Source of the DNA: Hyphomicrobiaceae bacterium | GTDB lineage: Bacteria; Pseudomonadota; Alphaproteobacteria; Rhizobiales; Hyphomicrobiaceae | Reading direction: 5' to 3' | DNA: 64,000 bases | Assembly: GCA_031393505.1 (NCBI GenBank) | Contig: JANMVX010000175.1 | Coordinates: 3,536 to 67,535, forward strand | In this document: in pieces, positions 28,599-36,168 of the stretch | Layout of the letters: each line of letters opens with the position of its first letter | Position numbering within the stretch: the stretch's first letter is position 1 | Notes under the pieces: generated by a model | Seen by the model: the letters and a program-made list of their open reading frames with translations, nothing else | Databases searched by the model: none | What the model was told of the DNA's origin: nothing | Translations under genes and position numbers: made by a program

Positions 28599-31500
28599 TC
28601 GGCGGCCTCCGCGGGTTGCAGCATGGCGGCGGAATTGGAGCGCGGACGCCAAAGCCCGCGCCGCATGGCCTCGTCGAAGCGGCGGCGCATGGCGGCGTCG
28701 GCGGCGGGATTGGCGTCGACGATGAAGGCGGCGACGGCGGGGTCGCCGAGATAGGCCTCGTACAGACGGTCAAAGTGCGTCGAGGTGACGGCCCCTGATG
28801 TGGCCGCGAAAGCGAAGGCATTGTCGACGGTGGAGGCGAATTCGGCCGCGCCGCGAAAACCGTGGCGCATCTGGCCGGCGATCCAGCGCGGGCTTGACGC
28901 GCGGCCGTGCACGACGCGGGCGGCCTCTTCGGGAAGCGTGCGGGCTTTTGGCGATTCGGGAACGGCGGTGTCGATGTGGTAACCGGTGAGTTTCGTGTGG
29001 CCGAGCGATTTTGCGGCCGCCAGCGCCCCGCCCTGATGCGCGGCGTAATCGGCAGCCGACAGAATGTCCGCCTCCTTATGATCGTGCACATGTACGAAGG
29101 CGTCCGCCCCCGCCAGCCGGCCCGCGAAGCCGCCGGGAATGTGCGCGGTGTCCTTGTCGCTCCGATAGGCCGTGGGCGTTGCATCGAGATACGTTCTTCC
29201 GAGATCGTCCGCCGACTGCCATTGACCGCTGTCGATGGCGTCCGTCACGCCCGCCCCGTAGGCGCCGGGGGCGGCGCCGAAAATGCGGTCGGTGGCCTCG
29301 GCGTCGGCATGGCGCGAGGCGGCAAGGGGATTGTCCTCGGGCTCCTCGTCAAGGCGCGCGACTTTATCCACGGCGGCGCGGAACAGGCCGAGTTGCATCG
29401 GAAAGACATCGCGGAACAGGCCGGAAATGCGCAAGGTAACATCAATGCGTGGGCGCCCCAATTCAGCCAGCAGCAGCACCTCGAAGCCGGTGACGCGGGA
29501 ACTCTCGTGATCCCAGGTGGGGCGCACGCCCATCAGATGCAGCGCCGTCGCCAGTTCTTCGCCGCCGGTGCGCAAGCTGGCCGAGCCCCACAGGTCCATG
29601 ACGATGGCGCGCGGATATTGTCCGTGGTCCTCCAGATAGCGCTGCAGGATGGCCTCGGCCGCCGCGCGTCCGTGCGTGACCGCAGTGCGGGTCGGCACGC
29701 CGCGCGGCTCGATGGTGGTGAGGTTACGCCCGGTCGGCAGCACGTCGCGGCGGCCGCGCGAGGGCGCGCCCGCGGGGCCGGGTTTGACGAAGCGGCCATC
29801 CAGCGCGGCGATCAGCGCGGCCATCTCGGCAGGGCCGGAGGCGGCGATCAGGGGGTCGTTGCTGACAACGGATTGTCCGAACACGTGCAATCCGTCGCGG
29901 ATGGCCATTTCCTTCACATCGCACAGGAACGCATCAATACGCGCGATGGCGTCGGCGGGTTCGGCGGTGGCGGACAGGCCGAGATCGGCGGCCAGTCCCG
30001 TGCGGTGCGCGGCGTCCACGATGGCGCGCGCCAGGACTTTGCGGCGGCGCGGATCCAGTCCTTGCGCGGCGGAAAACTCATCGATCAGCTGTTCGACATC
30101 CTTGAGCCGGCCATCGAGTTCGGTGGCGACCAGCGGCGGCGTCAGATGGCCGATGGTGACGGCGCTCAAGCGCCGCTTGGCCGCCGCCGCCTCGCCCGGA
30201 TCGTTGACGATGAAGGGATAGATGACGGGGAGGCCGCCGATCAGCGTGCGCGGCGCGCAGGACGGCGAGAGCGCGACGGATTTTCCGGGCAGCCACTCCA
30301 ACGTTCCGTGTGCGCCCAGATGGATCAGCGCGTGCACGCCGGCCGCTTCGCGCAGCCAGAGATAGAAGGCGACATAGGCGTGGCGCGGCGGCAGCGCGGG
30401 ATCGTGGTAGCTGGATTTGCGATCGGCGCTGTTGCCTCGTTCCGGTTGCAGCATCACCAACACCTGGCCAGCGGCGGTTCCCGGCAAGCGGAATTTTCCG
30501 GCGACGACGGAGGGATCGGCCGCGGGCGCGCCCCAGGCGGCGTCGACGGATTGGCGAAAAGCGTCGGGCAGGCGGGCGAAAGACTTGGCGTATTCCGACA
30601 CCGGCCAGCGCACGCCACAATCGGGGTCGGTGACCGCAGCCAGCAATGCCTTGGCCGTGGGCGGCGTGCCCACCGTGTACCCCTCATCCGCCAGCCGCCG
30701 CAAAATGCCCTCGGCGCTGGCCGGGCCATCCAGGCCGACGGCATGCGCGATCTGATCGGGGCGGCCGGGATAGGTCGACAATACCACTGCAATCCGGCGC
30801 TTTTTTCGCGACGTCGTCGCCAGATCAGCCCAACCCGCCGCCAGATCGGCCACGCCGGCGATCAGATCATCCGCCGGTCTGTGCAGATAAGCAGCAAACT
30901 GAAGATCTTCGATCCAGCTGTCGCTCTCCTTGAACGAGATCGCTCCCGCGCTGAGCCGCCCGTCGGCTTCCGGCAACACGACGTGCATGGCGAGATCGCC
31001 GGCGCCGAGGCCGCGGCCGTCCGCCTCCCACTGCTCGCGTCGGCTGCCGGCCATCACGACTTGCAGCACCACCGTGTCGGCCGACTCGAGCGGCGATCCC
31101 GTCCCGTCGTCGGCTGCGGCCGAGAAGGCGGTGGCGTTCAGCACCACGCGGGGTTTCAAGGCGGCGAAGCGCTCGCGAACAAAGTCGGCCGCTCCCGGAG
31201 CTTTCAGGCTCGGCACGAAGATCGCCTCGGCGTCGAGCCCGCGTTGCAAAAGGGCCGCACACAGCGCATCGATCGGCGCGGTGTCGGCGGCGAGCACAGA
31301 GGAGCGATAGAACACGACGGCGACGGGGTGGCCCTTGCCGGTGGCGTGACGGTAGATGCCGCCGTCGGGGAGCGGAACGGCCAGCGGCGCTGCGGCGCTC
31401 GAACCACCAGCCCGGGCGCCAAGAAACGCCACCGCCGCGCGTAAATTCCGTGCGCCGCCCGCCGCCATCAGTCCATCAACCGCGGCCAGATCATCCGCCT

Positions 31501-31903
31501 CCAGCGTGGACATCGCCGACAACCGCCCATCCGGCCTGCCATCGCCCGGAACCAGCGCCAGCACCTGTCCGCCGGCCCGGCACGCCCGCGCCAGTTCCTC
31601 AAGTCCGTAGCGCCAGTATTCGATGCCGCCGAGCAGCCGCGCCAGCACGGCCTTGCTGCCGGAGATGGTCTTTTCCATGAACATGTCCACCGACAGCGGA
31701 TGTTTCATGCGTTGCAAGTTCGCCAGACGCAGCGACGGGCGCGACGCCAAATGCTCCGTAGGCCACGTGTTCCACGCCGCCGCCAGCGCGTTCAAATCAG
31801 AATCCGAGAACGACAGCACGACGACGTCCGCCGGCGCGAGGTTGAGATCCTCAGCCTGCGCCGTTTCGTCGAGGGTTGCCTGTTCGCGGACGATGAGGTG
31901 CAT
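28595..31903 (-). CDS. cobN: cobaltochelatase large subunit
   Basis: ORF 28595..31978. Start moved to ATG 31903 (MHLIVREQATLDE), because the upstream codons lie in a palindromic repeat. CobN/Mg-chelatase H-like throughout. Confidence 0.9.
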   Translation of the reverse strand: MHLIVREQATLDETAQAEDLNLAPADVVVLSFSDSDLNALAAAWNTWPTEHLASRPSLRLANLQRMKHPLSVDMFMEKTISGSKAVLARLLGGIEYWRYGLEELARACRAGGQVLALVPGDGRPDGRLSAMSTLEADDLAAVDGLMAAGGARNLRAAVAFLGARAGGSSAAAPLAVPLPDGGIYRHATGKGHPVAVVFYRSSVLAADTAPIDALCAALLQRGLDAEAIFVPSLKAPGAADFVRERFAALKPRVVLNATAFSAAADDGTGSPLESADTVVLQVVMAGSRREQWEADGRGLGAGDLAMHVVLPEADGRLSAGAISFKESDSWIEDLQFAAYLHRPADDLIAGVADLAAGWADLATTSRKKRRIAVVLSTYPGRPDQIAHAVGLDGPASAEGILRRLADEGYTVGTPPTAKALLAAVTDPDCGVRWPVSEYAKSFARLPDAFRQSVDAAWGAPAADPSVVAGKFRLPGTAAGQVLVMLQPERGNSADRKSSYHDPALPPRHAYVAFYLWLREAAGVHALIHLGAHGTLEWLPGKSVALSPSCAPRTLIGGLPVIYPFIVNDPGEAAAAKRRLSAVTIGHLTPPLVATELDGRLKDVEQLIDEFSAAQGLDPRRRKVLARAIVDAAHRTGLAADLGLSATAEPADAIARIDAFLCDVKEMAIRDGLHVFGQSVVSNDPLIAASGPAEMAALIAALDGRFVKPGPAGAPSRGRRDVLPTGRNLTTIEPRGVPTRTAVTHGRAAAEAILQRYLEDHGQYPRAIVMDLWGSASLRTGGEELATALHLMGVRPTWDHESSRVTGFEVLLLAELGRPRIDVTLRISGLFRDVFPMQLGLFRAAVDKVARLDEEPEDNPLAASRHADAEATDRIFGAAPGAYGAGVTDAIDSGQWQSADDLGRTYLDATPTAYRSDKDTAHIPGGFAGRLAGADAFVHVHDHKEADILSAADYAAHQGGALAAAKSLGHTKLTGYHIDTAVPESPKARTLPEEAARVVHGRASSPRWIAGQMRHGFRGAAEFASTVDNAFAFAATSGAVTSTHFDRLYEAYLGDPAVAAFIVDANPAADAAMRRRFDEAMRRGLWRPRSNSAAMLQPAEAAE

Positions 31904-31945
31904 GGGGTTCTTGCTGTTGTAGCCGTATAAACTCAATGCCCGGAT

Positions 31946-32095
31946 GGTGTCATCCTCGGGCTTGTCCCGAGGATCCATTCATCAGCAGGCGAACGGCTTG
32001 CGTGTGCTGACAGCGGTGCGGCGTGAACGTGCTCCGCCACGGCCTGTTGAATGTGCGGCCCGATGGATCCTCGGGACAAGCCCGAGGATGACACC
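31946..32095. repeat. MITE-like element with perfect 33-bp terminal inverted repeats between cobW and cobN
   Basis: GGTGTCATCCTCGGGCTTGTCCCGAGGATCCAT at 31946-31978 is the exact reverse complement of 32063-32095. Each arm holds its own 7-bp stem (CCTCGGG/CCCGAGG). Confidence 0.75.
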
Positions 32096-32121
32096 GGTGA
32101 GACTTTTGTGACCACGATTGT

Positions 32122-33165
32122 CTAGCCCACCAGCGCGTGTCTGATGCCGGCTTGATCAATGCCCTTCTCGCCGATCACCACCAGTTTTCCGATGCGCGCT
32201 TCTCCTGCCGTCCACGCGCGCTCAAAGCGCTGATCGAACCTTCCGCCCACGCCCTGTACCAAGAGCCGCGTCGGCTTGCCGGCGATGGCGAGGTAGCCCT
32301 TCAGACGTAAAATGCCGAAACGTTCGGCGGCGGCCTTTGCGCGCTCGATCAATCCAGCCGGCGAGCCCATCTCGGCCACCTCCACCACGAACGTATCGAA
32401 ATCGTCGTGCTCGTGCTCGGCCTCGTTGTCGTGGCAGGACGGGCGGTTGGCGATGTCCAATTCAGCCGCCGCCGTCAGCCCCAGCAACACATCCACGGCC
32501 ACGCGCCCCTCGCGCGCCGGCACCAGCTTGACGCGTCCTGGCACGACCGCGCGGATTTCCGCCGACACACGCGAAATATCGTCCGCCATCATCGCATCGG
32601 TCTTGTTCAGCACGATCATGTCGGCGCACAGGAGCTGGTCGCCATACACCTCTTCCAGCGGGTTGTCGTGATCGAGCGAGGGATCGGCGGCCTTTTGCGC
32701 GGCGACTTTTTCCGGGTTTTCGACGAATTGCCCGGCGGCCACGGCCGGGCCGTCCACCACCGTCACCACGCCATCGACCGTCACCTTGTTGCGGATTTCC
32801 GGCCAGGCGAAGGCTTTTACCAAGGGCTTGGGCAGCGCGAGGCCGGACGTTTCGATGACGATGTGCTCAGGGCGGGGCGAGAGCGCCAACAGCTTCTCCA
32901 GCGTCGGCACGAAGTCGTCGGCCACCGTGCAGCAGATGCAGCCGTTGCTCAGCTCGACGATGTTCTCGTCCGGGCAGGTCTCAACGCCGCAGTTGCGTAA
33001 AATTTCTCCGTCCACCCCCACATCGCCGAACTCGTTGATGATCAGCGCGATGCGGCGGCCACCGGCGTTCTGCAGCAGGTTGCGGATCATCGTCGTTTTT
33101 CCCGCGCCGAGAAAGCCGGTAATGATGGTGCACGGAATTTTGCCTGGAACGGCGGCGGTGCTCAT
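32122..33165 (-). CDS. cobW: cobalamin biosynthesis GTPase CobW (COG0523)
   Basis: 347-aa ORF with P-loop GFLGAGKTT, CICCTV metal motif and a His/Asp-rich stretch (HDNEAEHEHDDFD). Confidence 0.9.
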   Translation of the reverse strand: MSTAAVPGKIPCTIITGFLGAGKTTMIRNLLQNAGGRRIALIINEFGDVGVDGEILRNCGVETCPDENIVELSNGCICCTVADDFVPTLEKLLALSPRPEHIVIETSGLALPKPLVKAFAWPEIRNKVTVDGVVTVVDGPAVAAGQFVENPEKVAAQKAADPSLDHDNPLEEVYGDQLLCADMIVLNKTDAMMADDISRVSAEIRAVVPGRVKLVPAREGRVAVDVLLGLTAAAELDIANRPSCHDNEAEHEHDDFDTFVVEVAEMGSPAGLIERAKAAAERFGILRLKGYLAIAGKPTRLLVQGVGGRFDQRFERAWTAGEARIGKLVVIGEKGIDQAGIRHALVG

Positions 33166-33560
33166 GTGACGGGGTCCGGTTGTTTGAAGCCGAGGGGCGG
33201 CACGCGGGCGACCACGCCCTTGCGAAACGTTTGCGGCCGTTCGCGCCAGGGCACGATGCCGTTGTCGGTCGCCGCGTAGGCCTTGCTGGCGTTGACCACG
33301 TCGCCCAGATGCAGCGCGGGGTCGAGGTCGCCGATCAGATACATGAAACGGCCTTCTCCGCTAAGCGCAATCGTGAGCGGGCGCTTGCAGACGGCGAGGC
33401 ATTCGATGGGTTCGACCACGATGTTCTGGCCCTCGAGGCGCGTCAAAAGTTCGGCGGCGAAGGCCGCGCCGGGCGTATCGAAGGCCTCGGGGCCGACGGC
33501 AGGCAGCGGCCGCTTGCAGCTGGTGCAGACGAACACGGTTACGGGCGGGAGCGGGCTCAT
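33162..33560 (-). CDS. DUF1636 family metal-binding (thioredoxin-like) protein associated with cob clusters
   Basis: The C-terminal 132 aa of ORF 33162..33764, from ATG 33560, an ATGA overlap with the cbtA stop. Cys motifs VFVCTSCK and ECLAVCKRP. Confidence 0.7.
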   Translation of the reverse strand: MSPLPPVTVFVCTSCKRPLPAVGPEAFDTPGAAFAAELLTRLEGQNIVVEPIECLAVCKRPLTIALSGEGRFMYLIGDLDPALHLGDVVNASKAYAATDNGIVPWRERPQTFRKGVVARVPPLGFKQPDPVT

Positions 33561-34312
33561 GCGCGCGCCCCCAGTTCGCGCCAGGTCCAGAAGTATCCGG
33601 AAAACGCTCCGATCAGCGCCCAGAAAATGGCCTGGATGGCGAGGCTGCGGGCGACGAACGCCGAGGCGAGTTCGGCCGGGACGGTGCTGGTGAGCAGGAT
33701 CGGATGCGGCGCGCCGATGACGTGGGGGGCGGCCAGCAGGAGAGCGCCGAGCGCGACGGCCCAAGACGTGCGTTTACGGATCATCAACCACAGGCCGAGC
33801 GCCGTCGCCACTGCGGTGCCCACCCACCAGAGTTGGCGCAGGTTGAGATCGCCCGCGGCCGAACCGGGGAGTTCGGGCGCCAGGCCCAGCGCGGGGGCCA
33901 GACCGACGGCGGCGAAACCGGCCGCGCCCCAGGCCAGCGCCGAGAGGGGGGTGACCGTTTCGCCCAGCGCCTGCATGGCCGCCAGCAGCATGAGCGCGAA
34001 TCCGACCGCCGCGCCGACCGTTGCGGCGGTCGTGATGGCGGCGCGGCGGATATCGACGACGCCGGGATCGTGCGTCGCGGCGGGCGCTGCCGGGGCGGCT
34101 TCGACTTCGGCGCCAGTGGTGTCGTGATGATGGTCGGGCGCGGGTTCATAGGTCTCGGCGGCCAGGATCAGCGGTACGACCAACGCCTGCTGCAGTCCGG
34201 ACGTGACGAGGCCAGCGAGTGCGCCCGCGAGCAAGGCGACGAAAACGATGCGGTTGAGCACGGCGTACCCTGATGAAAACGCGGACCGAATTGGCGTGGG
34301 TTGGGCGTGCAC
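33557..34312 (-). CDS. cbtA: cobalt transporter subunit CbtA
   Basis: 251-aa membrane ORF with a His-rich loop (PDHHHD) and a CbtA-like C-terminal half. Alternative GTG start at 34261 (VLNRIVFVALLAG). GTG 34312 abuts a REP hairpin. Confidence 0.8.
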   Translation of the reverse strand: MHAQPTPIRSAFSSGYAVLNRIVFVALLAGALAGLVTSGLQQALVVPLILAAETYEPAPDHHHDTTGAEVEAAPAAPAATHDPGVVDIRRAAITTAATVGAAVGFALMLLAAMQALGETVTPLSALAWGAAGFAAVGLAPALGLAPELPGSAAGDLNLRQLWWVGTAVATALGLWLMIRKRTSWAVALGALLLAAPHVIGAPHPILLTSTVPAELASAFVARSLAIQAIFWALIGAFSGYFWTWRELGARA

Positions 34313-34314
34313 TG

Positions 34315-34389
34315 GGTGTCAGACACTTAGCGCGCTGCACGACAGTCGCTGCACCGGCGCCGAAGTGAGCGCGCTAAGTGTCTGACACC
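34315..34389. repeat. REP hairpin (GGTGTCAGACACTTAGCGCGC ... GCGCGCTAAGTGTCTGACACC) between cbtB and cbtA
   Basis: 21-nt perfect inverted arms at 34315-34335 and 34369-34389. Same core motif as the RayT-flanking REPs. Confidence 0.7.
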
Positions 34390-34398
34390 GAGTAAGCC

Positions 34399-34623
34399 CT
34401 AATGGCAGGGGAACGCCATGGCGTGGCGCGTGTCGTGGGCCGCGTCGTGCAGTGCCGCCGACTGGGCGAACCCGACCAGGAACACCAGGCCAGCGCCGAG
34501 CGCGAAAGCGGCAGCGAGCGAAGCGCGCGTTTTTGCACGCGAAAAATCCACCGGCAGCGCGGCGGCGTCTGCGGTGGTCATGACTTTGGCGTTCGGCTTG
34601 TTGACAGCAGAGTGGCGGTTCAT
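34399..34623 (-). CDS. cbtB: cobalt transporter subunit CbtB
   Basis: 74-aa ORF with one TM segment and the conserved C-terminal HDAAHDTRHAMAFPCH motif. AAGGAGAG lies upstream of ATG 34623. Confidence 0.8.
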   Translation of the reverse strand: MNRHSAVNKPNAKVMTTADAAALPVDFSRAKTRASLAAAFALGAGLVFLVGFAQSAALHDAAHDTRHAMAFPCH

Positions 34624-34644
34624 ATCGGCTCTCCTTTACCGCCC

Positions 34645-34840
34645 CACCGGCGGTCCACAGGGTTCAGTCTCATCGACGGCCGGTCTCCTGGCTCGCGGCT
34701 CGTCTGCTTCCGGTCGCCTTCCCAGCTCACGCCAGTGGCCAAAGACCGAAAACTCGCCGCTTACAGTTGCGGGGGCAGCTCCGGACTACACACCGGATTC
34801 CCAATCGCGCCTTTCAGCGCACCGTCAATCGCTCAGTGAT
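34645..34840 (-). promoter_or_regulatory. cobalamin (AdoCbl) riboswitch leading the cbtB-cbtA-...-cobJ operon
   Basis: The minus strand reads GGTGCGCTGAAAGGCGCGATTGGGAATCCGGTG..TCCGGAGCTGCCCCCGCAACTGTAAGCGG...GCCACTGG...GGGAAGGC...AGCCAGGAGACCGGCC (B12 box at 34678-34695), then the SD and ATG of cbtB. Confidence 0.85.
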
Positions 34841-34915
34841 AGCCTATGACGGGGCGGTGTCAATTGCCCTCCGCGCCGCTTGTTCCTGCGGCCGGCTCGC
34901 GCCTATGGTTCTGTG

Positions 34916-35437
34916 ATGTCCAAACTATCGCTCATTCTCGGCGGCGCGCGCTCCGGCAAAAGCCGGTATGGAGAGTCACTGGTCACGGCGCGACCAGGCC
35001 CCTGGACCTACATTGCCACCGCCGAGGCGTTCGACGACGAGATGCGGGCGCGCATCGCGGCGCACCGCGCCGATCGGGGGGCGGGCTGGCGCACCGTGGA
35101 TGCGACGCTCGCGCTGCCCGGCGCAATCGTCTGCGAACAGGCGGCGGGGCGGCCGATCCTGGTCGACTGCCTGACGCTGTGGCTGAGCAATCTCATGCTG
35201 GCCAAGCGTCCCATAGAACCCGAAGTCGAGCAGCTGCTGGGGGTTTTGCGCGCGGTCAGCGTTCCCATCGTGCTGGTCTCCAACGAGGTCGGCATGGGCA
35301 TCGTGCCCGACAATGCGCTCGCCCGCGCCTTCCGCGATCAGCAGGGCCGGCTCAACCAACGCGTCGCGGCCATTGCCAACACCGTCGTGTTCATGGCAGC
35401 TGGCCTGCCCCTGTTCCTGAAAGGATCCGCCCCATGA
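34916..35437 (+). CDS. cobP: bifunctional adenosylcobinamide kinase / adenosylcobinamide-phosphate guanylyltransferase
   Basis: ORF 34880..35437. Start at ATG 34916 (MSKLSLILGGARSGKSRYGE). ILVDCLTLWLSN and VSNEVGMGIVP motifs. Confidence 0.9.
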   Translation: MSKLSLILGGARSGKSRYGESLVTARPGPWTYIATAEAFDDEMRARIAAHRADRGAGWRTVDATLALPGAIVCEQAAGRPILVDCLTLWLSNLMLAKRPIEPEVEQLLGVLRAVSVPIVLVSNEVGMGIVPDNALARAFRDQQGRLNQRVAAIANTVVFMAAGLPLFLKGSAP

Positions 35438-36042
35438 CCGGCACGCCCGAGGACGACAAGCACAAGCGCAAGATGGAGAACCGCAAGGCGGTGCAGGACG
35501 CCGAGGTGGCCAGCAAGAGCATCGAGAAGGGCCTGTTGATCGTCAACACCGGCCCCGGCAAGGGCAAAACCACGGCCGCCATGGGGCTGGCGTTGCGCGC
35601 GCTCGGCCATGGCTGGCATGTCGGCATCGTGCAGTGGGTGAAGGGCACGTGGGTTACCGGCGAGAAGGGTGCGCTGGAAAAATTCGGCGATCAGGTTGAG
35701 TTCTACGCGCTCGGCAACGGCTTTACCTGGAACACACAGGACAAGACCAAGGACATCGCCGATTGCCAGGCCGCCTGGGCCATCGCCAAGCGCATGATGG
35801 CCGACCCGAAGATCAAACTGTTGGTCCTGGACGAACTGAACATCGCGCTGCGCTACGATTATCTTCCGTTGGCGGAGGTTGTGGCGACCCTGGCCGCGCG
35901 CCGTCCCGAGTTGCATATCGTCGTGACGGGCCGCAACGCCAAGCCGGAGCTGCTCGCTATCGCCGATACAGTCACGGAGATGGGCGCGGTGAAGCATCAT
36001 TTCGCGGCCGGGGTGAAGACCCAGGTTGGGATAGAGCATTAA
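35434..36042 (+). CDS. cobO: cob(I)yrinic acid a,c-diamide adenosyltransferase
   Basis: The C-terminal 202 aa of ORF 34846..36042, from ATG 35434, an ATGA overlap with cobP. GLLIVNTGPGKGKTTAAMGLALRA and LLVLDELN motifs. Confidence 0.9.
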   Translation: MTGTPEDDKHKRKMENRKAVQDAEVASKSIEKGLLIVNTGPGKGKTTAAMGLALRALGHGWHVGIVQWVKGTWVTGEKGALEKFGDQVEFYALGNGFTWNTQDKTKDIADCQAAWAIAKRMMADPKIKLLVLDELNIALRYDYLPLAEVVATLAARRPELHIVVTGRNAKPELLAIADTVTEMGAVKHHFAAGVKTQVGIEH

Positions 36043-36049
36043 GAAAGGT

Positions 36050-36148
36050 GGGGACTAGGGACTAGGGACTAGGGACTAGTAAAAGAAGTAAGAGGGTGGC
36101 TACCTCCTTTCTTTCTTACTAGTCCCTAGTCCCTAGTCCCTAGTCCCT
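36050..36148. repeat. long hairpin built from tandem heptamers: (GGGACTA)x4 ... (TAGTCCC)x4
   Basis: GGGACTA x4 at 36051-36078. TAGTCCC x4 at 36120-36147. The arms extend imperfectly through AGTAAAAGAAGTAAGAGG / CCTCCTTTCTTTCTTACT. Sits between the cobO stop and the cobQ start. Confidence 0.75.
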
Positions 36149-36168
36149 AAACTCCCATTCCCACCCTC

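Noticed and set aside
28907-31444. 845-aa + strand ORF antisense to cobN
   Set aside because: It is a shadow frame of a confidently recognised CobN CDS. The translation is low-complexity (R/G/A-rich) with no recognisable motifs.
31904-31978. Extra 25 codons at the 5' end of the cobN ORF
   Set aside because: These codons (MDPRDKPEDDT...) are encoded by one arm of the 33-bp inverted-repeat element. ATG 31903 follows the element.
34846-35433. N-terminal about 196 aa of ORF 34846..36042, suggesting a 398-aa protein
   Set aside because: This part is an out-of-frame read across cobP. The CobO homology starts at ATG 35434, which forms an ATGA overlap with the cobP stop.
36051-36147. Tandem heptamers considered as a CRISPR-like or minisatellite array
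   Set aside because: The units are 7 nt with no spacers and are arranged as a palindrome. No cas genes are present, so this is not a CRISPR array.
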